Shown here: positions 1 to 7,303 of the stretch, in pieces | How the letters are laid out: each line of letters begins with the position of its first letter | How positions within the stretch are numbered: position 1 is the stretch's first letter | Source: a bacterium | Lineage (GTDB): Bacteria; Muiribacteriota; UBA6191 | Direction: 5' to 3' | NCBI GenBank assembly: GCA_036339875.1 | Contig: JAYZAC010000125.1 | Location: 1-22,570 of the forward strand | DNA: 22,570 nt | Program-made: the position numbers and the translations under genes | The notes under the pieces: model-generated | What the model was told of the DNA's origin: nothing | Seen by the model: the letters and a program-made list of their open reading frames with translations, nothing else | The model's database searches: none

Positions 1-221
1 AAGTTTTAATAACTCCTACAAATATAGGATTACAAGAGAATGGTTCAATCAGAGACTAAGGGAGTATTTCAATGTATATCGGCGTCGCGTTGAGGCATGG
101 TTCCCAAAATGGGAACGAATGTCGGGAAAACGAGAAACCGAGAGAGAATGGAACATTAATACGTTGGCGTTTAAAGTAAAGATTATCGGACAATCGCAAT
201 GTCAATAATGATTCTCGATCC

Positions 222-1163
222 TTATCTTCTTCTTCTAGTATATGCTGCACGCGCCTCATCATCTTGGCGATGCTTTGCATTTTCAACGGCACTACTAGTT
301 TGCTGTGAAACACTCATTGCCAAATTGAAATCTGCATCAGAAAAAGCACAAATACCGGCTTTAAAAGTATCTTTAAATAATAAAAAACTGCCGTAGATCT
401 GTTCATTTTGGACTAATGGTACAGCCAGCAAGGATTGATTATTTAAATCGGCCTGTATTTTATCAGAGCTATCAGGCCCGGGACTCATAAATCCCTTTCT
501 GATGCTTTTCATATGATCCACAATCATGTGATGAGGTAAGACATTCGAATTTACTTGAGCTACCACTTCAAAATTACCAGATAATTCGTTATATATGCTC
601 ATTAGCGCTGCATTTGCATTCATACTACTTGAAAGCCTTTCTAGAAGAGCTTTGCACATTTCCTTAAAATCTTTAATTCTGGATATAAACTTTCCCGTGT
701 CGTACAAAACAACTAACTCCATATTGGTACGTCTAAGGCGCCCAGAAATGCCCTGAATAATTTTGAAGAGTAACGCAGAGGAAATACTTACATCTGATTG
801 GACTAATTTCTGGAAGGCATCCGAACTAATTTTCAATAGATAACTGTCCTCAAGTGCCATTACCGTAGCAGAGCGAGGTTGTTTATCGAAAAGACTCATC
901 TCCCCGAAATAATCTGCTTTTCTAAGAGTAGCTAAAGGTTTAGCACGACCTGATGACTCATCTATTATTTTTGCTATGACTACTCGACCCTTACAAATCA
1001 AAAATAGTGCCCCACCATCGTCGTCACCTTCGTTGATGATAACTGAACCTTCTTCATAATGAAGGATTTGTGAATCATTTAATAGTTTTTGTAATTTATG
1101 AGGGGAAGATCGGAAGGGTTCAAACAGTTCAAAATCTAGAATCTCGCGTAGGGTAATGTGCAT
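222..1163 (-). CDS. Cyclic-nucleotide-binding domain + GAF domain protein, no output domain
   Basis: N-terminal CRP-type cNMP domain (YEEGSVIINEGD...LFLICKGRV...YFGEMSLFDKQPRSATV), helical linker (ISGRLRRTNMELVVLY), then GAF-like C-terminus (SLLAVPLVQNEQIYG...FSDADFNLAMSVSQQTSSAVENA). GAGGAG SD upstream of ATG at 1163. Confidence 0.85.
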   Translation of the reverse strand: MHITLREILDFELFEPFRSSPHKLQKLLNDSQILHYEEGSVIINEGDDDGGALFLICKGRVVIAKIIDESSGRAKPLATLRKADYFGEMSLFDKQPRSATVMALEDSYLLKISSDAFQKLVQSDVSISSALLFKIIQGISGRLRRTNMELVVLYDTGKFISRIKDFKEMCKALLERLSSSMNANAALMSIYNELSGNFEVVAQVNSNVLPHHMIVDHMKSIRKGFMSPGPDSSDKIQADLNNQSLLAVPLVQNEQIYGSFLLFKDTFKAGICAFSDADFNLAMSVSQQTSSAVENAKHRQDDEARAAYTRRRR

Positions 1164-1181
1164 TTTTGCTCCTCAAATAAT

Positions 1182-2453
1182 CTAGAATTTAGGTTTGATA
1201 TTTTCAGAAAATATAGCTTTAGATACAGCATCTTCGTATGTAATTAAACCTTTATCATAGAGTTCACTTAAATGCTGATCCATCGTTATCATTCCTAATT
1301 TTTGTCCAGTCTGTATTGCATTAGGTATGTTGTATGTTTTACCTTCTCGAATGAGATTTGCAATCGCTGGTGTGACAAGAAGCACCTCTCGAGCGGCTAC
1401 TCTTCCGCCATCTTTGCGAGGAAGTAACTGCTGAGAGATGATTCCACGAAGGGTGGTGCTCAATTGAGCTCGAATCTGTTCCTGCTGGAAAGCAGGAAAT
1501 ACATCGATTATTCGGTCAACAGTTTGAGCCGCATCCTGTGTATGCAATGTGGAGAGAACTAAGTGGCCAGTTTCTGCTGCTGAGATCGCGGCAGAAATCG
1601 TATCTAAGTCTCGCATTTCACCAACTAATATGACATCGGGGTCTTGCCGTAAAACATAGCGCAAAGCGGTTGGAAATGATTCAGTGTCAGCCTTTAACTC
1701 TCTTTGATCTACTACGCAATTTTTATGTCTATGGACGTATTCAATCGGATCCTCTATGGTAATGATATGTGCACTTCGTTTCTGATTGATTAAATCCACC
1801 ATTGCCGCAAGAGTAGAACTTTTTCCCGAGCCTGTGGGACCGGTTAGTAGAACCAAACCTCGAGGCAGCATGGCAAGTGAGGAAGCTACTTGGGGTAGTC
1901 CAAGTTGTTCAAATGTTGGAATTGTTTCAGCAATGGAACGAAAAGCCGCTCCGACACATTTTTTTTGACGGAAAACGTTCACTCTGAATCGAGCAATGCC
2001 AGGTATGCTTACAGATAGATCAAGTTCGTTTGATTTTTCATATTCAGAGATCTGATCTTGTCGCAGCATGCTGTAGATTAATTTCTTGGACATGTCCGGG
2101 TTTAGAACAGGGAAATTATCTTTTATTAAACTTCCACTGACTCGAAACATGGGTGGTAATCCTACTGAGAAGAGAACATCTGAAGCAAATTGTTGGCTCG
2201 CTCGGGTTAAAATTTTAAACATTTCTTCTTGCGCGGTGCCAAATTCTCTTTTATTTCTATCGAGAACATCAGCCGACCGATTGGTAGGTTGCGCAGTTAT
2301 GCTGCCTCTGTCAAGAGTAGATCTTGGTATTGTTTTTGTTTCTGGAGGGAGTATTCCAGTGTTGTCGGAGGGACTGTTGGTAGCTCTGGAGGCTGGATTG
2401 CTAGTTTTTTTCTGTGCGATTCCGCTGCCAGTTCTGGGAAGAGTAATGGCCAT
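1182..2453 (-). CDS. pilT: Type IV pilus retraction ATPase PilT with a ~70-aa low-complexity N-terminal extension
   Basis: Walker A GPTGSGKSST, Asp box TIEDPIEY, Walker B region LRQDPDVILVGEMRD, His box TGHLVLSTLH and AIRNLIRE-like AIANLIREGK. AAGGA SD upstream of ATG at 2453. Confidence 0.92.
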   Translation of the reverse strand: MAITLPRTGSGIAQKKTSNPASRATNSPSDNTGILPPETKTIPRSTLDRGSITAQPTNRSADVLDRNKREFGTAQEEMFKILTRASQQFASDVLFSVGLPPMFRVSGSLIKDNFPVLNPDMSKKLIYSMLRQDQISEYEKSNELDLSVSIPGIARFRVNVFRQKKCVGAAFRSIAETIPTFEQLGLPQVASSLAMLPRGLVLLTGPTGSGKSSTLAAMVDLINQKRSAHIITIEDPIEYVHRHKNCVVDQRELKADTESFPTALRYVLRQDPDVILVGEMRDLDTISAAISAAETGHLVLSTLHTQDAAQTVDRIIDVFPAFQQEQIRAQLSTTLRGIISQQLLPRKDGGRVAAREVLLVTPAIANLIREGKTYNIPNAIQTGQKLGMITMDQHLSELYDKGLITYEDAVSKAIFSENIKPKF

Positions 2454-2580
2454 TATGATTCCTTTTCAAGTGGTATCAAAAAAAGATTTTAAGTCCTACA
2501 TCAATACGATATAGAGCATACAGGAAGTTGTACTTTGAATACAATTGCGTCTGTCTGGAAAAAAGCATTCCCAAAAACTA

Positions 2581-2609
2581 TTGACCCCGAAAAATGACCT
2601 TGCTATATT
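2581..2609 (+). promoter_or_regulatory. Sigma70-type promoter for the SLH-porin gene
   Basis: TTGACC (2581-2586), 17-nt spacer, TATATT (2604-2609), with extended -10 TG at 2601-2602; about 110 nt upstream of ATG 2719. Confidence 0.65.
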
Positions 2610-2718
2610 CCATAGCGTTATCACTTGTTTTATGTACACACGTGGGTTTGAATACTTTGTATAATTTAATAATCAAACCTTATGAAACAAGTTCCTGCAA
2701 TGGAGCTGTGAGGGAATT

Positions 2719-4269
2719 ATGAAGCGCATGTTTACTAAGCTGGCAATTGCTGGCGTGTTGAGCGGAACGGGAGTATTTGCTGGAACTTTCTCCGACGTAC
2801 CGTCTAACCACTGGGCTTACAAAGCCGTGGAAAAAGTATCCAGCCAAGGTCTTATCAAAGGTTACCAAGAAAAATTTCGAGGGGATGCCAAAGTTAGCCG
2901 TTACGAAATGGCCACAGTAATTAGTCGAATGCTCGATTCTGTTGATCGAGGGGCGGTGCTTGACCAAGACGGTTCAGACACTTTAGGTCGGCTCGTAACC
3001 GAATTTAGTAACGAGTTAGCTTTGATAGGAGCGAAAGTAGATGTACTGGAGGCTAAGGTTGACTCTAATGAACAACGGATTGAAGACCTAGAAGCCGATT
3101 CTTTGCAAGATAAGAGTGACCGCAAGATTAAGTTCTCTGGAGAGTTAGGTTTGCGCTGGACTGGTGAATTTAGTGACGGATTATCAGACCGACAATTTAG
3201 CGATCCTCAAGTACACTTCAAGCTCAATGTAGGTGGAAAGGCCAATGCTAAGACTTCCTGGGGTGCCACAATGCGAACCGCACAAGATACCGTTCCGGGA
3301 GAGCCTTGGGTGAACTTCGGTTCGGACGCTGAGGGTAGTAATAATGCATTTGGTGGATCTGAATTGCGGCTAAACTCCTATTTCATTAATTATAAGGCCA
3401 CCGATAATCTAAATTTTAAGTTAGGAAAGCACAAGAACGAATTCGCCAATACCGAGCTAGTTTTTGATAATGATATTCGTCCAACGGGTCTCACCCAGAG
3501 TTGGAAAGTCGATAAGAACTGGAAAGTGATGGCTGGTCAGTATAAGTTGAAGGATGCTACCGATAGAGCTACTGGAGATACTCTTCCAAAGGAAGATATA
3601 TACTTATTTGCTCACAAGATTGCCTTCAATTATGACGGATTCGGCGGTAAATGGAGTGCTAGCGCTGCGAACTACAACTTTTCGGGTGAGCAGTTTATTC
3701 ATCCTGGGCAAGGTTTAATGGCAGGTAAATATTTCAATCATATAGCGTCTGCCACTGGTACAGAGTTTGCGCAAACAAATGTAGCTCGTTCGGGGAATTT
3801 GCATAATTCAACAGCGAATGGGGCGGCGGCCAATACTCTAAATGCCAGTACCGCTGACAGGCAATTAAGATTGTTATCGGATTTTCATGTGATTAATGGT
3901 TACCTAGCCTACACAGATGATAGTGATGCTAAAGACCCTTGGGGTTTGAAATTTGATTACGCTGTAAATAACTCGGCTTGGAACAAAGAAGATACTGGAT
4001 TTTGGGCTGAGATATGGCGAGGCAAGCTACACGATAAGGGCAGTGTACACTACGGTTTACAATATATTCGTGTGGAGGCTGATGCGGTGTTATCATTCTT
4101 GAACAAAGATGAAATTCAAACCAACGTGAAGGGAACCCGGGCACATTTCGCGACTCGAGTTCAACACAACGTAGATTGGTTCACAACCTATTTCTTATTC
4201 GAGCCTGTGTCAGGTCTATCCGCAGACAAGGCGGGTGTCCTGAGAACTGGATTAACACTAACTTTCTAA
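2719..4269 (+). CDS. OmpM-like outer-membrane protein: signal peptide, SLH domain, coiled coil, beta-barrel porin
   Basis: Signal peptide (MKRMFTKLAIAGVLSGTGVFA); SLH motif FSDVPSNHWAYKAV...GLIKGY...FRGDAKVSRYEMA; heptad stalk (LVTEFSNELALIGAKVDVLEAKVDSNEQRIEDLE); amphipathic aromatic-rich beta strands; C-terminal Phe (GLTLTF). Confidence 0.85.
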   Translation: MKRMFTKLAIAGVLSGTGVFAGTFSDVPSNHWAYKAVEKVSSQGLIKGYQEKFRGDAKVSRYEMATVISRMLDSVDRGAVLDQDGSDTLGRLVTEFSNELALIGAKVDVLEAKVDSNEQRIEDLEADSLQDKSDRKIKFSGELGLRWTGEFSDGLSDRQFSDPQVHFKLNVGGKANAKTSWGATMRTAQDTVPGEPWVNFGSDAEGSNNAFGGSELRLNSYFINYKATDNLNFKLGKHKNEFANTELVFDNDIRPTGLTQSWKVDKNWKVMAGQYKLKDATDRATGDTLPKEDIYLFAHKIAFNYDGFGGKWSASAANYNFSGEQFIHPGQGLMAGKYFNHIASATGTEFAQTNVARSGNLHNSTANGAAANTLNASTADRQLRLLSDFHVINGYLAYTDDSDAKDPWGLKFDYAVNNSAWNKEDTGFWAEIWRGKLHDKGSVHYGLQYIRVEADAVLSFLNKDEIQTNVKGTRAHFATRVQHNVDWFTTYFLFEPVSGLSADKAGVLRTGLTLTF

Positions 4270-4290
4270 ACCTAGTTGTTTTCGATATAT

Positions 4291-4320
4291 GAGCCGGCTT
4301 AACGCCGGCTCTTTTTCTTT
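4291..4320 (+). terminator. Rho-independent terminator after the SLH-porin gene
   Basis: Perfect 8-bp stem GAGCCGGC / GCCGGCTC with loop TTAAC, followed by TTTTTCTTT, 22 nt after the stop codon. Confidence 0.9.
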
Positions 4321-4332
4321 ACAAAAATTAAT

Positions 4333-5391
4333 TTAGGGATTAATTAACAAATTGAATAAAGTTTCTGAGTCTTCACAATTTAGTTTTTGTCGAGCTACGT
4401 AGGTTGGAATATCTTGGATGCCTGGCCAACGTGAGAAATCTTTTTCAGTAATGACCACCCCTTCTGCACAACTGATATTTATTTGATTTGTCAGTTGAAG
4501 CATGTCGTGTTCTGAAAATTGGTGATGATCAGCAAAACTTTTCGTCATTAATATGTCGTGACCTGCATTTTTCAAATCATCGAAGAACTGCTCAGGAAAA
4601 GCTATACCGGTACAAGCCAATAATTTTCTTGGCGACTTCGTGACTATTTGTTGATTATGATCAAATAACAATAATTCGGATTTGAGACAAAATACGGGAC
4701 CGTGAAAATTTAATTGTCTCAATTTTGATTGGTAGTATTCAGTAGGATTCTTCGGATGAGTTATTATTACTGCCGTTGCCCTCTGTAAAGCTTTAGGTCC
4801 CTCTCGTAAGGGACCACGCGGAAACCCATAACCGTTTCCTAGCCATTTTTGTGCGTGGATAACTACAATGTCAACATCTCTTGCCAGTCGCCAATACTGT
4901 AACGCGTCATCGTAAAGTAAAATTCTATTAGATTCGATTTTTTCTTGTTCGAGAGCAAGTAATGCGCGTTGTTTTCCTACGGCAGCATTGATTGAAGGAT
5001 ATAAGCGCAGTACCTCATGTACTTCATCTCCAAATTTTCCTTCGCGATCCCATTTTTTAGTTTTTCCATCATAACGAGCAAAAGATCCTTGGAATTGTGC
5101 TCCATAACCTCTAGAAATAAGACAAACTGAGCGATTTTTGAGAAGTTCGAGACAATATTTAACAACCGGTGTTTTACCACTACCACCGACGGTTAAATTA
5201 CCGACGGAGATAACCCGATTAGAGACTCTGATTTGATTCCCAGGTATTTTCCAAAAAATCAGACGTTTCAAATTAGATAGAAACCAATAAATCAATGATA
5301 GCGGAGCTCCTATTACATTAAAGCTAATGGAACTTCTTTCGTATGCATGCTTTCGCCAGGCCGCTTCTAATTTATGAATCCAAATTCTCAT
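4333..5391 (-). CDS. lpxK: Tetraacyldisaccharide 4'-kinase (lipid A biosynthesis)
   Basis: VISVGNLTVGGSGKTP P-loop, ISRGYG, GDE, DDALQ, PRGPLREG, GIAFPEQF, FADHH and ITEKD motifs, all typical of LpxK. Confidence 0.93.
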   Translation of the reverse strand: MRIWIHKLEAAWRKHAYERSSISFNVIGAPLSLIYWFLSNLKRLIFWKIPGNQIRVSNRVISVGNLTVGGSGKTPVVKYCLELLKNRSVCLISRGYGAQFQGSFARYDGKTKKWDREGKFGDEVHEVLRLYPSINAAVGKQRALLALEQEKIESNRILLYDDALQYWRLARDVDIVVIHAQKWLGNGYGFPRGPLREGPKALQRATAVIITHPKNPTEYYQSKLRQLNFHGPVFCLKSELLLFDHNQQIVTKSPRKLLACTGIAFPEQFFDDLKNAGHDILMTKSFADHHQFSEHDMLQLTNQINISCAEGVVITEKDFSRWPGIQDIPTYVARQKLNCEDSETLFNLLINP

Positions 5392-5472
5392 AGAGTTTTC
5401 TTTTTACTACTTGCTAGGCAGTTTATCAATTTTTCACTTTCAAGTAATCTCGTTGATGACTAGAATGTCTGA

Positions 5473-6222
5473 GTGCGGAACATTTTAATTAGTCTCACGT
5501 TTTGGATTGTATTTATTGCGGAAACTGCTTGTTGTGATCCTGTTTTGGAAAGTCTGATTTTTTCAAAATCTCGTGTAGAGGCCATTGATTTATATTTTAG
5601 GGAGTTTTCCACTAAATTATCTGATATGGGCTCTCAATGGCGTAATAATAAGCGATTTAATAATGATACAGTCATTAAAATGAAGGCGGTATGGCTTAAG
5701 ATCTATCAGAGTTATTATCTTAAACCCCCTTCTTATTTTCAAAAAATTGATTATTGGCGACAACAATTAGACAAAGTAGCCCTTTCTTTAAATAGTCTTG
5801 GTCAATTAGTTGATAAGAAATTACCTGAGGCAGCACATCAATTGATTCTTAAAATTCAGAGTACATTGGTAGATCTATATGATCATTCTCGAGAAATGTC
5901 GCTTTTTCAGCGTGGTAAGTTTCTTGAATACATGATCGAGTTGGTTTACAAAAATAGAAAAGAATATTCAAATAGCTCAGAATTGTTGTTGGAGTCCCAA
6001 GATTATCAAAGATTGATTGAAAGAGTATACGAGGATTGGCAGTCAATGTATCATCAGATGCCTTTGAGTCTCAAATCTCGATGGATGCTAGATCAATGGA
6101 ATAAGCAGCTACAAAAATTTTTAAAGCTAGAGAATGAGGTTCAAAGTAAGGAAAAAGTGCATGCATTTTTGCTAAAGATTTATGAAGAATCATGGAATAG
6201 TCTTGAAAGGAGAAAGCCATGA
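5473..6222 (+). CDS. Hypothetical exported, all-helical protein
   Basis: 249-aa ORF with GTG start and hydrophobic N-terminus (MRNILISLTFWIVFIAETACC). Amphipathic helical patterning. Stop overlaps the next start (ATGA). Confidence 0.7.
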   Translation: MRNILISLTFWIVFIAETACCDPVLESLIFSKSRVEAIDLYFREFSTKLSDMGSQWRNNKRFNNDTVIKMKAVWLKIYQSYYLKPPSYFQKIDYWRQQLDKVALSLNSLGQLVDKKLPEAAHQLILKIQSTLVDLYDHSREMSLFQRGKFLEYMIELVYKNRKEYSNSSELLLESQDYQRLIERVYEDWQSMYHQMPLSLKSRWMLDQWNKQLQKFLKLENEVQSKEKVHAFLLKIYEESWNSLERRKP

Positions 6223-6476
6223 GTCTCAAGGAATTGTTTGTGTTTGGGAGTCCCAAAGCTACCTGTAAAAATTGTCGTAAGGCTGAAGCGATAATTGAAG
6301 AGATAATTACGGGTCATGAAGAGCTGTTTGATTATCGAAAATTGACTTTAGATTCGCAGGAAGCTCAAGATTTAGGCGTTTTGTGCACTCCTTCTGTTAC
6401 ACTGAACGGACAAATTATTGTTCTTGGAGAATTACCAGATAGGGAGGCTTTAGAACATGTGCTCTTATCGTCCTAA
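6219..6476 (+). CDS. Small thioredoxin-fold redox-active disulfide protein (MTH895 / Thioredoxin_3-like)
   Basis: CKNC motif after the first strand; GVLCTPSVTLNG cis-Pro loop; G-x-x-P before the last helix. AGGAG SD upstream. Confidence 0.85.
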   Translation: MSLKELFVFGSPKATCKNCRKAEAIIEEIITGHEELFDYRKLTLDSQEAQDLGVLCTPSVTLNGQIIVLGELPDREALEHVLLSS

Positions 6477-6729
6477 AAAATGGAGCCTAGGAGCAAGAGC
6501 TTTAACTCAGAAACTAGGCAAAGAATTTATAGAAATACTTGAGAAAGCAACTGAGGAGTTCTTGGAGGTTGAAGGTCGTCAAACGGCTCTTGAAGAAGAT
6601 GTGAAAATTGCCCTGGTAGATTTACACAAGCGAATTGCGGCTGAGGAGATAAGTCTTCCTTCCTCACGTTTCACCACAGAGGAACTGCTGCGCGGTCTAA
6701 AAGTAATCAAAAAGCATATTAAAAAATGA
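6457..6729 (+). CDS. Small helical protein with a histone-fold-like (alpha2-L2-alpha3) or PCP_red-like motif
   Basis: Strong SD AGGGAGG (6441-6447) 9 nt before ATG 6457; in-frame TAG at 6451-6453 fixes the start. Contains GRQTALEEDVKIA (RxTxxxxD). The fold assignment is tentative. Confidence 0.6.
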   Translation: MCSYRPKKWSLGARALTQKLGKEFIEILEKATEEFLEVEGRQTALEEDVKIALVDLHKRIAAEEISLPSSRFTTEELLRGLKVIKKHIKK

Positions 6730-6736
6730 GGTGGAT

Positions 6737-6964
6737 ATGAATCAGACAATAAAAGGTATGATTTTAGGAACAGTGATGACTGTGGCTTCTTTATTAATTA
6801 TCTCTAGTGTCAGTCATGCAGAATGGTTTAATTCGCGGGCTCCACTCTCTGATTCGTCGACACTACGTAGAGTAGCTACAGCTCTTGAGAAGATCGCCGA
6901 AAATACAGATAAGTTGGTAGAGTTGCAAGATCAACTTATCGAGCTAGAGCGTTCAGAAGATTAA
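6737..6964 (+). CDS. Small exported or membrane-anchored protein with a C-terminal coiled coil
   Basis: Hydrophobic signal-like segment ending in SHA (GMILGTVMTVASLLIISSVSHA), then heptads LRRVATALEKIAENTDKLVELQDQLIELE. GAGG SD favours ATG 6737 over GTG 6731. Confidence 0.65.
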   Translation: MNQTIKGMILGTVMTVASLLIISSVSHAEWFNSRAPLSDSSTLRRVATALEKIAENTDKLVELQDQLIELERSED

Positions 6965-6967
6965 TAC

Positions 6968-7288
6968 TTACTGCGAGTCTGGAGTTTCAAATTTATTTGG
7001 GCGTAACACATCGACATCACTGAGGTAGGAAATCATTCCTGAATGCTCATAATAATGTTGGTATAAGTGTTGTGCAATTTCTGCTCCAACTTCTTCAGTA
7101 CAGACTATTTCAATTCTGATATTAGTGGACCCGTCCCAGTTTCCTAATCTTTCGCCTCTCCGACCAGCTCCTCGGGCACTTACTATGGTGTAACCATGAA
7201 TACCAAGGCGTTCAAAGTCGCGCTTGAGTGCATTTTCAAGTCCAGATTCAGTGATGATAGTTAGAAGCTTGCGTTTATAAACGATCAT
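6968..7288 (-). CDS. sbtB: PII-like regulator, SbtB family
   Basis: KLLTIITES...GIHGYTIVSARGAGRRGER...NIRIEIVC...SDVDVLRPNKF matches the SbtB-type PII-like pattern; lies directly downstream of an sbtA homologue. Confidence 0.8.
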   Translation of the reverse strand: MIVYKRKLLTIITESGLENALKRDFERLGIHGYTIVSARGAGRRGERLGNWDGSTNIRIEIVCTEEVGAEIAQHLYQHYYEHSGMISYLSDVDVLRPNKFETPDSQ

Positions 7289-7303
7289 GGACTAATCCTT
7301 TTT

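Noticed and set aside
56..396. ORFs 56-313 (-) and 199-396 (+)
   Set aside because: They overlap the cNMP-GAF gene out of frame or antisense, have atypical composition and no convincing SD.
1786..2514. Plus-strand ORFs 1786-1968, 2086-2514 and 2229-2492
   Set aside because: Antisense shadows of pilT with no recognisable motifs.
2610..2718. Riboswitch in the SLH-porin leader (CCTTAT...AGTTCC-TGCAAT-GGAGCT-GTGAGG pairing)
   Set aside because: Only a weak G-U-rich hairpin, with no match to riboswitch consensus motifs I know.
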